A stretch of 64,000 nt of DNA from an uncultured delta proteobacterium (GCA_963796055.1 CAWCKH010000003.1:512001-576000), one strand, 5' to 3'; numbered from the stretch's first letter, positions 40,722-50,368 are shown. Made by a program: numbers and translations. Notes: generated by a model not told the origin, from the sequence alone.

Positions 40722-43448
40722 TTACTCCGCCCGGTCGATCAACACGACGTCCGAGTCCTCCTGAACCCGTTCGAAGACGACCGCAGTACCGTCGGGGGAG
40801 ACGTCGAAGTCACCGATGACGATGTCCCGACTGAAGTTCGTCAACTGGCGCCAGTTCCCGGTCGTGAGCTCCATTGCCCAGAGATCCTTGTGTTGGATGT
40901 CTCCGCGCAAGACAACCAACGTCCGTTGTCCCGGAATGAATCGCAGCCGTCTCGCGCCGACTTGACTGATCCCCAGCGCCCCGCCGCGACTCAAGTTCAG
41001 CTCAGGAAACGTGTACGGCTGACCGGAAGCAGTGACCGCCTTGACTGTGAACGTCGTTCCGGGGTCTACGCCCGAGTAGACCAGGAACTCTCCTCGCGGC
41101 CCCCACGCTGGATCGAGCGCGTAGTCATCCAGGATCCGAACGGTCTCGCGGCTGTTCAGCGAGATTCGGAAGAGGCGCGGGCTCCCTGCCTGATTCGCCG
41201 CAACGACGATCGACTGGCCATCCGGCGACCACACGGGTGCACCGCGCAATTCCATCGTATCTGCGACGGTTCGGACGTTCCTCCCATCCGAAGTCATGAC
41301 GATGAGCCGCGTCTTGGCTCGGTCTTCGATCGAGAAGGCGATCCGGCCTCCCTCCGGCGCGATCGAAGGCCCGCCGATGATTCGCACCTTTTGAGCGGTC
41401 CAGACCTCGGACGCTCGCCCATCGACGAGCTTCCAGATGCGATCGGTCGTAGCGTCGGACGAAACGTACAGAAGATAGTCTGCCGCGAGCATTGGCGAAC
41501 GACCCTGTGCTGTGGGCAGCGGAATTCTTTGGGCGTCCGACGTGTCCGCTGGCCGTCCAGAAATCGGCACGCGCCACAGGGACGATCTGATCTGCGTTGC
41601 CGTTGCAACGAGCCGGCGACCGTCGCCGGTGGCGGCCAGCGACGTCCAACGCTGGACGCCAGTGCTGAGCCGGTGCGGTACTCGCCGCTCGACATCGAGG
41701 CCGTAGATCCACGGTCCCGAGCCGCCGGAGCCGGTGGCGAGATACAGCAGCGTCGAACGATCCAGGAACGTCGGATAGCTCACCCGCGAGTTGTGGAAGG
41801 TGATGCGTTCTGGCGTTCCGCCGCCTGGGCGGATCCTCCAGACATCCATCTCATTGGGTGGATACCCCTGCACGAAGTAGATGAACGACTCGTCCGGCGA
41901 CCAGGTAGGAAAGTGGGAGTGCTTCGGAGCGCGAGCGTCGTAAAGCGGCTTGGCTGCGGCACCCTCGGGCTTCACGAACATCGGGTCGCCGGCCGCTGCC
42001 GTGTGATAGACGAGGCGCCGTCCATCGGGTGACCAGCCGAGTTCGGGCACATCTTCGAGGGCGACGCGTGGCTCGCCGCCGTCTGTCGGCACGACCCAGG
42101 TGCTGATGATGTTCCTGTTCAACGTGTCCGAAGCGCCGACCCAGAAATAGAGGCGAGCCCCGTCAGGCGAGAACTCAATCGTTCGAATCTCGCGGTTGAC
42201 GAGCTGCTCCGGAACGTGGCCTCGGGTCAGATTGCGGAAAGTGCCGGCTCCGATCTGAGTGACGAAGATTCCAACCGGTCCGTCGCGGGACGCCAGAAAA
42301 GCCACGAACTTCCCGTCGCGGGAGACCGCAGCCGAGTGGGCGGCTCCTTCGAAATCGGTGAGACGCTGGTATCGTGCATTGGCCAAGGGGCTACGCCAGA
42401 AGTAATCCGCCTTCTCGAGCCGCATGACGCCGACGGCAGCCAACGCAAGCAATGCACTCACCAGCATCAGTGCCGTCACGACGCCCGGAGTCACGCGGCG
42501 CCTCGTCCGGGGCGGGGGAGCTTCTGCGAGCGCGGCCACCAGCCCGGCCGCGTCGGGGTACCGCGCCTCGGGAGCGCGGCAAAGCGTGCGGCCCAGGACC
42601 TTCTGGGCGCGAACTGAAATTCCGGCTGGGATGGGCACCCGCTCCGCTTCGGCCGCCAGCTTCTCCGGGAGGCGCCCGACGAGCATCTGGTAAAGAATCA
42701 CGCCCACCGCCCAGATGTCGGCGCGCGCGTCGGCGCTCACGGCCTCAGCCTGTTCGGGGGCCATGGTCGCCGGAGTACCGCCGGCGACGCGAGTCAAGCG
42801 GCCCGGCACTTCCTCATCCCAGTCGAGGCCGGCCAGACCGAAATCGAGGACCTTGACCCGCCCGTCTCTCAGCACGATGACGTTCTGTGACTTGAGATCG
42901 AGGTGCAGTACCCCCAACGAGTGCGCGTATGCCAAGGCCTGCGCAACCTCGGTGGCAATCCGCCAAGCGCGGTCTTCACTCAGCGGCCCGTGTGCAAGGT
43001 TCGTCTGTAGTGAGTGCCCGTCGAGCAGCTCGAGGACGAGGAAGGGAGCGTCATTCCACACTCCCCAATCGTAGGCAGTCACGATGTGGGGATGGTTCAG
43101 GCGGGCAGTGGCTCTCGCCTCGCGATAGAAGAGCTCCAGCTCCGTGTCGTTCAGACGCCGGCGGCGCTTGAGAAGCTTGATCGCCACCGAGCGGGAGAGC
43201 ACGCGATCCCGCGCCTCGAACACCCGAGCGAAGCCACCCCGACCGATCTCTCGCACCACTTCGAAGCGACCGGCCACCGTCACGCCCGGCCCGAGTTCCT
43301 CGGTCGGCGAGATGTCCTCGACGGGAGCACGGGCCACCTGGCGAAGAAGGGATTCGAAGGCGGAGGGCTGCGGCTCTTCCTGGAGGTCAGTCTCCAGGAG
43401 CGTCGTTTCGCCCCGGAGATCGACCTTCTCGTCGCCAACCGGACTCAT
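40722..43448 (-). CDS. Ser/Thr kinase with TM helix and TolB-like (PD40) beta-propeller
   Basis: GRGGFARV, VAIK, HLDLKSQN, DFG, MAPE; repeats of WSPDG/FSPDG. Confidence 0.9.
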   Translation of the reverse strand: MSPVGDEKVDLRGETTLLETDLQEEPQPSAFESLLRQVARAPVEDISPTEELGPGVTVAGRFEVVREIGRGGFARVFEARDRVLSRSVAIKLLKRRRRLNDTELELFYREARATARLNHPHIVTAYDWGVWNDAPFLVLELLDGHSLQTNLAHGPLSEDRAWRIATEVAQALAYAHSLGVLHLDLKSQNVIVLRDGRVKVLDFGLAGLDWDEEVPGRLTRVAGGTPATMAPEQAEAVSADARADIWAVGVILYQMLVGRLPEKLAAEAERVPIPAGISVRAQKVLGRTLCRAPEARYPDAAGLVAALAEAPPPRTRRRVTPGVVTALMLVSALLALAAVGVMRLEKADYFWRSPLANARYQRLTDFEGAAHSAAVSRDGKFVAFLASRDGPVGIFVTQIGAGTFRNLTRGHVPEQLVNREIRTIEFSPDGARLYFWVGASDTLNRNIISTWVVPTDGGEPRVALEDVPELGWSPDGRRLVYHTAAAGDPMFVKPEGAAAKPLYDARAPKHSHFPTWSPDESFIYFVQGYPPNEMDVWRIRPGGGTPERITFHNSRVSYPTFLDRSTLLYLATGSGGSGPWIYGLDVERRVPHRLSTGVQRWTSLAATGDGRRLVATATQIRSSLWRVPISGRPADTSDAQRIPLPTAQGRSPMLAADYLLYVSSDATTDRIWKLVDGRASEVWTAQKVRIIGGPSIAPEGGRIAFSIEDRAKTRLIVMTSDGRNVRTVADTMELRGAPVWSPDGQSIVVAANQAGSPRLFRISLNSRETVRILDDYALDPAWGPRGEFLVYSGVDPGTTFTVKAVTASGQPYTFPELNLSRGGALGISQVGARRLRFIPGQRTLVVLRGDIQHKDLWAMELTTGNWRQLTNFSRDIVIGDFDVSPDGTAVVFERVQEDSDVVLIDRAE

Positions 43449-43562
43449 GGGAGCACGCCTCGACACCTCCCAGGTGCCGCCGGGCGGAATATCCCACCAG
43501 TCATCGTCGCACGGTAGACGGGCTCGAAGACCGTCCAGGTTGGGCACTGCTGGGGTGGCTCG

Positions 43563-44144
43563 GTGGAAGCCGTTGAGGTGGAGATTGCACGTCTGCTCGA
43601 GGCGAGAGACCTCCCCGCGGCCGCTGCGGCGATCGTCCGGCGGTACGGACCGGCGATCCTTGGGTATCTGGCAGCCCTTGCTCGCGATGCGGATCGAGCC
43701 GATGACGTGTTCGCTCAATTTTGCGAGGACCTGTGGTCTGGTTTGCCTGCCTTTCGCCGAGACGCCTCGGTACGGACGTGGGTTTACACGCTGGCCTGGC
43801 ATGCGTGGCTCCGGAACGAGCGCGACGCCTATCGGCGCCGCGGCCGCCCGCTCGCCACCGAAGAGATGTCCCGCCTCGCCGCGGAGGTTCGATCGACGAC
43901 CGCGTTGTACCTGAAATCCGAAGCGAAGGACGCGATCGCACGCCTGCGTGAGCAACTGACGCCCGCCGAGCAATCCCTCCTCGTTCTGCGGATCGATCGT
44001 GGCCTGTCATGGCCGGAGGTGGCATCGGTGATGTCCACCCCAGAAGAGCATCTCGATCCTCAGACCGTCGCGAAACGCTTTCAACGCGTGAAGGCCAGGC
44101 TCCGGAAGCTTGCCGAGGCTGCAGGGCTCCTGGAGCGGCCGTAG
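43563..44144 (+). CDS. ECF sigma-70 factor
   Basis: ADDVFAQFCEDLWSGLPAFR..SVRTWVYTLA (region 2); LVLRIDRGLSWPEVA (region 4). Confidence 0.88.
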   Translation: MEAVEVEIARLLEARDLPAAAAAIVRRYGPAILGYLAALARDADRADDVFAQFCEDLWSGLPAFRRDASVRTWVYTLAWHAWLRNERDAYRRRGRPLATEEMSRLAAEVRSTTALYLKSEAKDAIARLREQLTPAEQSLLVLRIDRGLSWPEVASVMSTPEEHLDPQTVAKRFQRVKARLRKLAEAAGLLERP

Positions 44145-44284
44145 GCAAAGCACTCTGCCGTTGGTGCGGGGTCCGACAAGGCGTCGGGCTCCACCAGGGT
44201 AGAGACCGAATCATCCGATCTTGACATTCGTGAGCGTCAAACTCGCCGCGACCGGTCTCTGCCACCGAGAGCGGAGGAACTGAC

Positions 44285-45703
44285 ATGGAACGCACGGAGC
44301 GAAGAGCGGCGAACACGAGCCGGACGATCAGACCAATCTTGATCATCGCTGCGGCCCTCATGCTTGCCCGCTGTGGCGGCGAGACCGGGAGCGATGGGAG
44401 CGCCGCCCCATTCGTCGGTACAGCCGATGAAAGACTCGGGCTGAAAGCCCACGACAGGGACCGCGTTCGATCGGTACGCAGGTTCGGGGCCGAGGTGCCG
44501 GTGGCCTACTATGATCTGTCCTTCAAACTGTCGAAGCGCACCGGAGGGATCACCCCGCCCGTTCAAGCACGGATCTTCGCCTACATGGGCCTGGCCTTGT
44601 ACGAGTCGCTCATCGGGGGAATGCCGCACCATCAGTCGATTGCCAGTCACCTGAACGGCATTGGCCAGCTTCCCAAGCCGCACGGGAACTATCACTGGCC
44701 GCTCGTTGCCAGCGCCGCGATGGCCGAGGTGATGCGCGGGCTGTGGGGCGATGCCACCAACGTCGCAGCGCAGAACATCGCCGACATCGACACCCTCGAA
44801 GCTCAGTTCGCGGCGGCGGCGACCGACGTCCATGGATCCTTGGCGCGACGCTCGATCGACTTCGGTCACGCCGTCGGAGCGGCGATCTTCGAGACCTCGA
44901 AGGATGACGGAGAACATCGGAGTTACCTGACCAACTTCCCGACGAGCTACGTGCCCCCGGTCGGTCCGGGGCTCTGGGTGCCTCTTCCGGGCCAGACGGC
45001 GCTCCAGCCCTTCTGGCGGGATCAAATGACCCCGTTCGTGAGCGCCGGGGCTGCCTGTGATCCAGGACCGCCGCCGGCCTACTCGGAGACGCCGGGCTCG
45101 ACCTTCTACGACGAGGCCTTCGAGGTGTACGACGTCTCTACGCATCTGACCGCCGAGCAGCTGACCATCGCGCGGTTCTGGGCCGACGGGCCGGGGACAA
45201 TCAACGGTCCGGGCCACTCGCTGTCGACGGCGAGCCAGGTTCTCGTCCTGGTGGGCGCAAATCTGGGGGAGGCTGCCGAGACATTCGCCCGTGTCGGCCT
45301 TGCCGACGCCGATGCTGTCCTCACCTGCTGGTTCTCCAAGTACGAGTACAACCTGATCCGCCCGATCACCTACATCCGCAAGGTCATTGATCCAGCATAC
45401 GGCACGCTGCTGCCCACGCCGCCGTTTCCGGAGTACACCTCAGCGCACTCGGTCCAGACCGCTGCCGCGCTGACCACGCTCCAGGCCTTGTTCGGCGACA
45501 TCGGGTACACCGACCATACCCATGACCTCGATGGGTTCGCGCCGCGTACCTTCGCCAGCCTCTCGGACTCGATGCTCGAGACCGGGCTTTCTCGCCTCTA
45601 CGGCGGCATCCACTACCACGCGGCGATCTTCAACGGGTTTGCCCAAGGGCGCTGTGTCTCGGCAAAGGTGAACGCGCTGCCCTGGAGGAAGCAGGACGAC
45701 TAG
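44285..45703 (+). CDS. Vanadium-dependent haloperoxidase-like (PAP2 superfamily) exported protein
   Basis: KYEYNLIRP, TPPFPEYTSAHS, SRLYGGIHY; signal peptide ending LARC. Confidence 0.88.
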   Translation: MERTERRAANTSRTIRPILIIAAALMLARCGGETGSDGSAAPFVGTADERLGLKAHDRDRVRSVRRFGAEVPVAYYDLSFKLSKRTGGITPPVQARIFAYMGLALYESLIGGMPHHQSIASHLNGIGQLPKPHGNYHWPLVASAAMAEVMRGLWGDATNVAAQNIADIDTLEAQFAAAATDVHGSLARRSIDFGHAVGAAIFETSKDDGEHRSYLTNFPTSYVPPVGPGLWVPLPGQTALQPFWRDQMTPFVSAGAACDPGPPPAYSETPGSTFYDEAFEVYDVSTHLTAEQLTIARFWADGPGTINGPGHSLSTASQVLVLVGANLGEAAETFARVGLADADAVLTCWFSKYEYNLIRPITYIRKVIDPAYGTLLPTPPFPEYTSAHSVQTAAALTTLQALFGDIGYTDHTHDLDGFAPRTFASLSDSMLETGLSRLYGGIHYHAAIFNGFAQGRCVSAKVNALPWRKQDD

Positions 45704-45829
45704 TGAGTGTCGAGGACATTGCCGCCTAGAGAGCCGGAGCAGAAAGCATCAACCCTCGGGGGCAGCGTTCGCGCAAACGGTGGTGCGATGAATCCGGGCC
45801 GGTCAACCTGTCGGAGGGCCGAAAACGTC

Positions 45830-45849
45830 TCCCGCAATCGATTGCGGGA
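45830..45849. repeat. Perfect 20-bp palindrome
   Basis: TCCCGCAATCGATTGCGGGA. Confidence 0.85.
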
Positions 45850-45857
45850 ACGCGTTC

Positions 45858-46136
45858 TTACGGCTCGAAATGGCTCCCGAATCCGCTCGAAAATACACTC
45901 CGAAACACGCTCTCGGATCGGGGCGTATTTCCGGGCCAGTTCTGGGGCGCCACCTCGCGGAGCAGGTAATCCGGAGCAAGGTGGCCGTAGACGTTCGCCG
46001 TGAGCCGCGGAGCGCGGTGGCGGAGCATCCGCTGGACGACGTGGACCGGTACCCCGGCCTGCATCAGCAGCGAGGCCGCAGTGTGGCGGAGGTCGTGGAA
46101 GCGGATTGGCCGGACGCGCGGCTTGGGCCAGAGCAA
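45858..46136 (-). pseudogene. Tyrosine integrase C-terminal remnant 2
   Basis: LWPKPRVRPIRFHDLRHTAASLL..LRHRAPRLTANVYGHL. Confidence 0.9.
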
Positions 46137-46220
46137 GACCCCGTGCTCCGGGGAGCGTCGGATGGCGTCGTCCGGTGCTTCCGACTGGCTGGGCTCCTCG
46201 AGGAGGGTTGCGCCCTACGC

Positions 46221-46242
46221 GTACGAAATGTACATTACGTAC
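46221..46242. promoter_or_regulatory. Probable TA autoregulatory operator
   Basis: GTACGAAATGTACATTACGTAC, near-perfect palindrome centred on TGTACA just upstream of the antitoxin ATG. Confidence 0.7.
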
Positions 46243-46255
46243 AGAAGGGTTCTCC

Positions 46256-46525
46256 ATGCTCAACCAGTCGCCCCGGCACGCCTCCGTCTCGGCAACCGAA
46301 CTCCGCGAGAACATCTCCGAGCACATCGGACGCGTTCGCCACGGTCGGGAACGACTGGTCATTGAGAAGAACAGCAAGCCAGCGGCCGCGCTGATCTCCT
46401 ACAAGGACCTGGAGCTCCTAGAGGCCTTGGAGGACCGTCTGGATGTGCTTCTCGCGGAGAAGGCCCTCGCCGAGAAGGGCGCACGGGTGAGCCTCGAGGA
46501 GGCTGAGAAGCTCCTGGGCCTGTGA
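46256..46525 (+). CDS. Phd/YefM-family antitoxin
   Basis: VSATELRENISEHIGRV..LVIEKNSKPAAALIS; acidic C-terminus. Confidence 0.9.
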   Translation: MLNQSPRHASVSATELRENISEHIGRVRHGRERLVIEKNSKPAAALISYKDLELLEALEDRLDVLLAEKALAEKGARVSLEEAEKLLGL

Positions 46526-46869
46526 GCAAGCGCAAGGGGAAGAAGGGCAAGCCAGGGCCGTCCCGGGCTCAACCGAAGCCGCGGACGTACACGGTCGAGC
46601 TCGACCGCAAGCACGCGCTCGAGCCCATTGCCGCCGTCTCCGAGCCCGGGCTCAAGGCACGCATCTTCGCGGCCGTCCGGGCGCTCGCGACCGATCCCCG
46701 CCCGCCCGGCTGCAAGAAGCTCAGCGGGACGCGAACGACGTTCTGGCGCATCCGCGTTGGCGATTGGCGCCTGGTCTACACGGTCGACGACGCGAGGCTG
46801 TACGTACTCGTCGTCAGGGCCGGGGACCGGAAGGAGATCTACCGGCTCCTGGCCGACCTCCTGAGATGA
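46522..46869 (+). CDS. RelE/ParE-family toxin
   Basis: LATDPRPPGCKKLSG..WRIRVGDWRLVYTVDD..GDRKEIY; GTGA coupling. Confidence 0.92.
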   Translation: MSKRKGKKGKPGPSRAQPKPRTYTVELDRKHALEPIAAVSEPGLKARIFAAVRALATDPRPPGCKKLSGTRTTFWRIRVGDWRLVYTVDDARLYVLVVRAGDRKEIYRLLADLLR

Positions 46870-47038
46870 ATGCGGGCGGCCCTCGGAGTGGGAAAGGGCG
46901 GCTCGCGGTCGATTCGTTGCGATCGCATGCAGCAAGGATGCAGCAAACGACTTGAATCGGCTGCGATCACTGCGACGGCTGGATGTCCTCAGTCGTCCCC
47001 CTCCCCTCTCAAGCCCTTGATTCCGCGAGAGATTGGCA

Positions 47039-47189
47039 CTGGAGCTCCGCCACCGTACCGCCGCCGTCCCGCGGCGGGAGCGCCTCGAGGCCTGCGAGCT
47101 GGCGCCGGGCGTGGCGCTCGAGCTCCTCGGCCAAGCGCTGGGCCGTGGCTTTCGTGTTCGGCGAGGCGGCGGTGTAGCGCCAGTGGCAC
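47039..47189 (-). pseudogene. Probable integrase N-terminal remnant
   Basis: WRYTAASPNTKATAQRLAEELERHARRQLAGLEALPPRDGGGTVAEL, which resembles myxobacterial integrase N-termini as I recall them. Confidence 0.55.
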
Positions 47190-47375
47190 ACCGAGGTCAG
47201 TGGTCCGAGCATGAAGCGGAACGCTACGCGAAGGAGCGCGGCCTGTCGGCGGCCAAAAGCGAAGGGACATCTTAGTCCTGCGGCGGACGCCACTCTCGCG
47301 CGCCACGTCGACGCGAGCGGCAACGCAGCGCGCGCGCTCGGCTACCCTTGCATGCGGCCAATCCGTGCGCTATAC

Positions 47376-47395
47376 ACTGAACCGTATGGTTCAGT
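47376..47395. promoter_or_regulatory. ArsR operator overlapping the start codon
   Basis: ACTGAACC-GTAT-GGTTCAGT inverted repeat. Confidence 0.7.
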
Positions 47396-47751
47396 ATGCA
47401 AAGGCCCACCTCGATGCCTCTTTCGCCGCGCTCTCGGACGCCACCCGACGCGGCGTTCTGGAGCAGCTGGGGCGTGCAGACGCTTCGATCACGGACCTCG
47501 CCGAGAAGTTCCACATGACCCTCACGGGCATGAAGAAGCACGTCGGCGTCTTGGAGCAGGCGGGGCTCGTCACCACGGAGAAGGTGGGGCGCGTGCGGAC
47601 CTGCAAGCTCGGCCTGCGCCGACTGGAGGAAGAGGTGGCATGGATCGAGAGGTACCGCCAGCTCTGGGACGCACGCTTCGACGAGTTGGACAAGGTTGTC
47701 GAGGAACTGAAACGGAAGGAGAAGGTCGATGGACGCACGAGGAGAGAGTGA
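47386..47751 (+). CDS. ArsR/SmtB-family regulator
   Basis: FAALSDATRR, KHVGVLEQAGLV..KVGR. Confidence 0.92.
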   Translation: MVQYAKAHLDASFAALSDATRRGVLEQLGRADASITDLAEKFHMTLTGMKKHVGVLEQAGLVTTEKVGRVRTCKLGLRRLEEEVAWIERYRQLWDARFDELDKVVEELKRKEKVDGRTRRE

Positions 47752-48250
47752 GCCCACCCCCATGAAGAACCGCACGACGGTGGAACGGAAGTCCGAGCGT
47801 GAGCTAGTCATCGCGCGAACCTTCAACGGCCCGGCGCGCATCGTGTTCGAGGCGTGGACCAAGCCCGAGCTGCTCAAACGGTGGTGGGCACCAAAGTCGA
47901 CTGGCGTGTCCCTGCTTTCCTGCGAGGCGGATGTTCGTGTCGGGGGCAGGTACCGTTTCGTGTTCGGCCACGATGCCTCAAAAACTATGGAGTTCTACGG
48001 TAGGTACATCGAAGTGACACCGCACTCGCGCCTCGTCTGGACCAACGAGGAAGGTGATGACGGTGGGGCCGTCACCACGGTGACCTTCGAGGAAAAAGGT
48101 GGCAAGACGCTGCTGGTCATGCACGACCTGTATCCCTCGAAGGAAGCTCTCGACGGTGCCATCGCCGGGATGGAGGGTGGGATGCACGAGACGTTCGAGC
48201 AACTGGATGAGCTTCTCGTCACCCTGAGCGCGAGCGTGGGACGGTCTTGA
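47729..48250 (+). CDS. SRPBCC/AHSA1-family protein
   Basis: RTFNGPARIVFEAWTKPELLKRWW, DVRVGGRY. Confidence 0.9.
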   Translation: MDARGESEPTPMKNRTTVERKSERELVIARTFNGPARIVFEAWTKPELLKRWWAPKSTGVSLLSCEADVRVGGRYRFVFGHDASKTMEFYGRYIEVTPHSRLVWTNEEGDDGGAVTTVTFEEKGGKTLLVMHDLYPSKEALDGAIAGMEGGMHETFEQLDELLVTLSASVGRS

Positions 48251-48360
48251 AGTCGTCGATCTCGTGGTCAGGCCGCCTGACCTTCGCGCTCAACGTGACG
48301 CTCGACGGGTGCTGCGACTATCGCGAGATGATCGTGGACGACGAGGGGCTCGACCACCTC
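48247..48360 (+). pseudogene. Dihydrofolate reductase/RibD-C-family 5' remnant
   Basis: GRLTFALNVTLDGCCDYREMIVDDE; similarity ends where the convergent gene begins. Confidence 0.6.
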
Positions 48361-49548
48361 CATCTCTCCGACGAGATCCCGCGAGTGCAGGAGGTGGCGG
48401 AGAAGCTCCCCGTCCTCGAACAGCTTGGCGATGGCGTACTCGACGGCAGCGTCGCCCTGCATGTCGGACGCCAGACGAAGGGCGACCAGCCGCTCCATGA
48501 GCGGAGCAGGGGCCACGATGAAGCCCATCCGTAGCCCGGGGGCCAGAATCTTGGAGAGCGACCCGAGGTACAGGACGTTTGCGCCATCTGGGTCGGCGGC
48601 GATGGGCGGCTCGGGACGACCCTCGTAGTGGAACTCGTGATCGTAGTCGTCTTCGATGATCGCAAAGCCATGGTCGATCGAGAGCGCTGCCAACCGCTTC
48701 CTTCGAGCAACGGTCATGACCGTGTTGGTTGGAAACTGATGATGCGGGGTGACGTAGACCGCCCTGACCTTGTGCGTCTTCAGAAGCGAAACCAGGGCCT
48801 CGACCTCGAGGCCCTCGTCGTCAACCGGGAGCGGCTTCATCTCCGCGCCGGCCAGCCGGAGCGCGGTCCAGGTCCCCGGATTGCCCAAGGCCTCCACGCC
48901 GACCACGTCCCCCGGTGAGAGCAGGGCGCGAGCGACCAGATCGATCGCCTGCTGGCTCCCCCGGGTCACCATGATGTCTTCCGGCGCGACGGAGAGCCCG
49001 CGGCTGTAGGAGAGCATGGTCGAGAGTCCACGGCGGAGATCCTCGTGACCGCGAGGGTCGCCATAGTTGAGGAGACTCCGGCCATGGCGGCGGAGGCCAT
49101 CCCGGAAAGCGCGGGCAAGCGCCGAGGTCGGGAAAAACGATCGCACGTCGGGCGCCGCCCGATAGAGGATCAGCGCGGTTCGCGGATCGGGTGGGAAGAT
49201 CAAAGGCAACGGCCGAGGCGGGGGCGGGACCGAGTAGGTCCTGGCTCGCGACGCCGGTGCGGCCCTGTCCAGCTCCTGCAAGGTCGACAGGGCCTCCTTG
49301 GCGACGAAGGTTCCACCGCCCCGTCGCGCCTGCACGAGCCCCTGGGCCATGAGCTCCTTGTAGCCGGCGATGATCGTATTGCGGTGCACCCTGAGCCGAG
49401 TGGCGAGGGCGCGCGTCCCCGGCAGGGGGTCCCCGGGCTTGAGGCGGCCGGTCCGGATGTCATTGGCGAGCGCTTCCGAGAGCTGCACGAACATCGGTGA
49501 GCCGCGGCGCGGATCGAGCGCAGCCGTGAGCAGCTCCCAGTTGAGCAT
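48268..49548 (-). pseudogene. MocR/GabR-family (GntR + PLP aminotransferase) regulator, 3'-truncated
   Basis: LPGTRALA..VHRNT, YVTPHHQFPT, IIEDDYD, SLSKILAPGLRMG; ends after GELLRHL without the usual C-terminal subdomain. Confidence 0.8.
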
Positions 49549-49646
49549 CGAGGGAATCGTACCGGTCCAGTCGAAATCGCAGAAGGGGATCTTCAGAGGG
49601 ATCCGATGGTCGGTATCCACTCGTGGGCTCTTCCGAAGGAGGACCC

Positions 49647-50305
49647 ATGCGCATCTTCACCCCACTCTTCACCACGGTGCTGCTCGGATGTGGAACGAAC
49701 GGACCACAGGCTCCCGAGACCGCGTCGCAGGAGCTCCGGCATCAGGGAGAAGACTCCAATCCCAACCCGATGCTCTTTCCCAAGGATGCGCGGCCCTACG
49801 GACGAAGCATCGACCGGTGGAGCGAGCTGCTCTGGAGCTACATCGGCGGTGCCGGGCAGCAGCCTCGGAACCGACATTTCACGGAGCTGCACCATCCCGC
49901 GGGATCGCGCGATCATGCTGCAGATGTCGTCGGCGCTGAACGACTATCCTTGTCCGGATCCCAACTTTCATCCGGCGCCAGGGCAGTCGCTCTATGATTT
50001 CCTCATCGGGGGCATCTCGCCGCTGTTCGATGGGGAGACTGGCTTCGTGGTCACCCTGGACGGAGTGAACGTCCAGGATCCGCTGAGCTATCGCTTCACC
50101 TCGGACGATGTCTTCGGATTCAAGCCGGATCTCAGCATCCAAGCATTCGACTCGTGTATCACCCAGAAGCACATGCTGGGGGTGGACCGATGGTTTCTAC
50201 CTTCTCTTCAAGCCCATGACGCCAGGCCAGCACACCATCGTCCTCAACGGACACGACATGACCGGCGTGCCGGTCACGCTCACCGAGCACCTGACGATCC
50301 AGTAG
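49647..50305 (+). pseudogene. Exported lipoprotein gene broken by two frameshifts
   Basis: AGGAGG + MRIF..LLGC..PYGRSIDRWS; then SCTIPRDR..TLDGV in a second frame; then DGFYLLFKPMTPGQHTI..* in a third. Confidence 0.7.
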
Positions 50306-50368
50306 GCCGGCCGGCCAAGGGCTCGGCGCTTCAAGCCGGGAAAACTGGCTCGAATCCGGTCGAGAACA
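50296..50368 (+). other. Degenerate tRNA-like element (pseudo tRNA-Glu or att remnant)
   Basis: Stem TCGGC-GCTTCAA-GCCGG and T-arm ACTGG-CTCGAAT-CCGGT at tRNA spacing; acceptor stem pairs only 4 of 7. Confidence 0.5.

Larger units (their letters stand above)
40222..50368. mobile_element. Decayed tRNA-anchored integrative island
   Basis: Integrase remnants, TA module, pseudogenes, visibly weaker GC3 bias; right end approximate. Confidence 0.7.
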
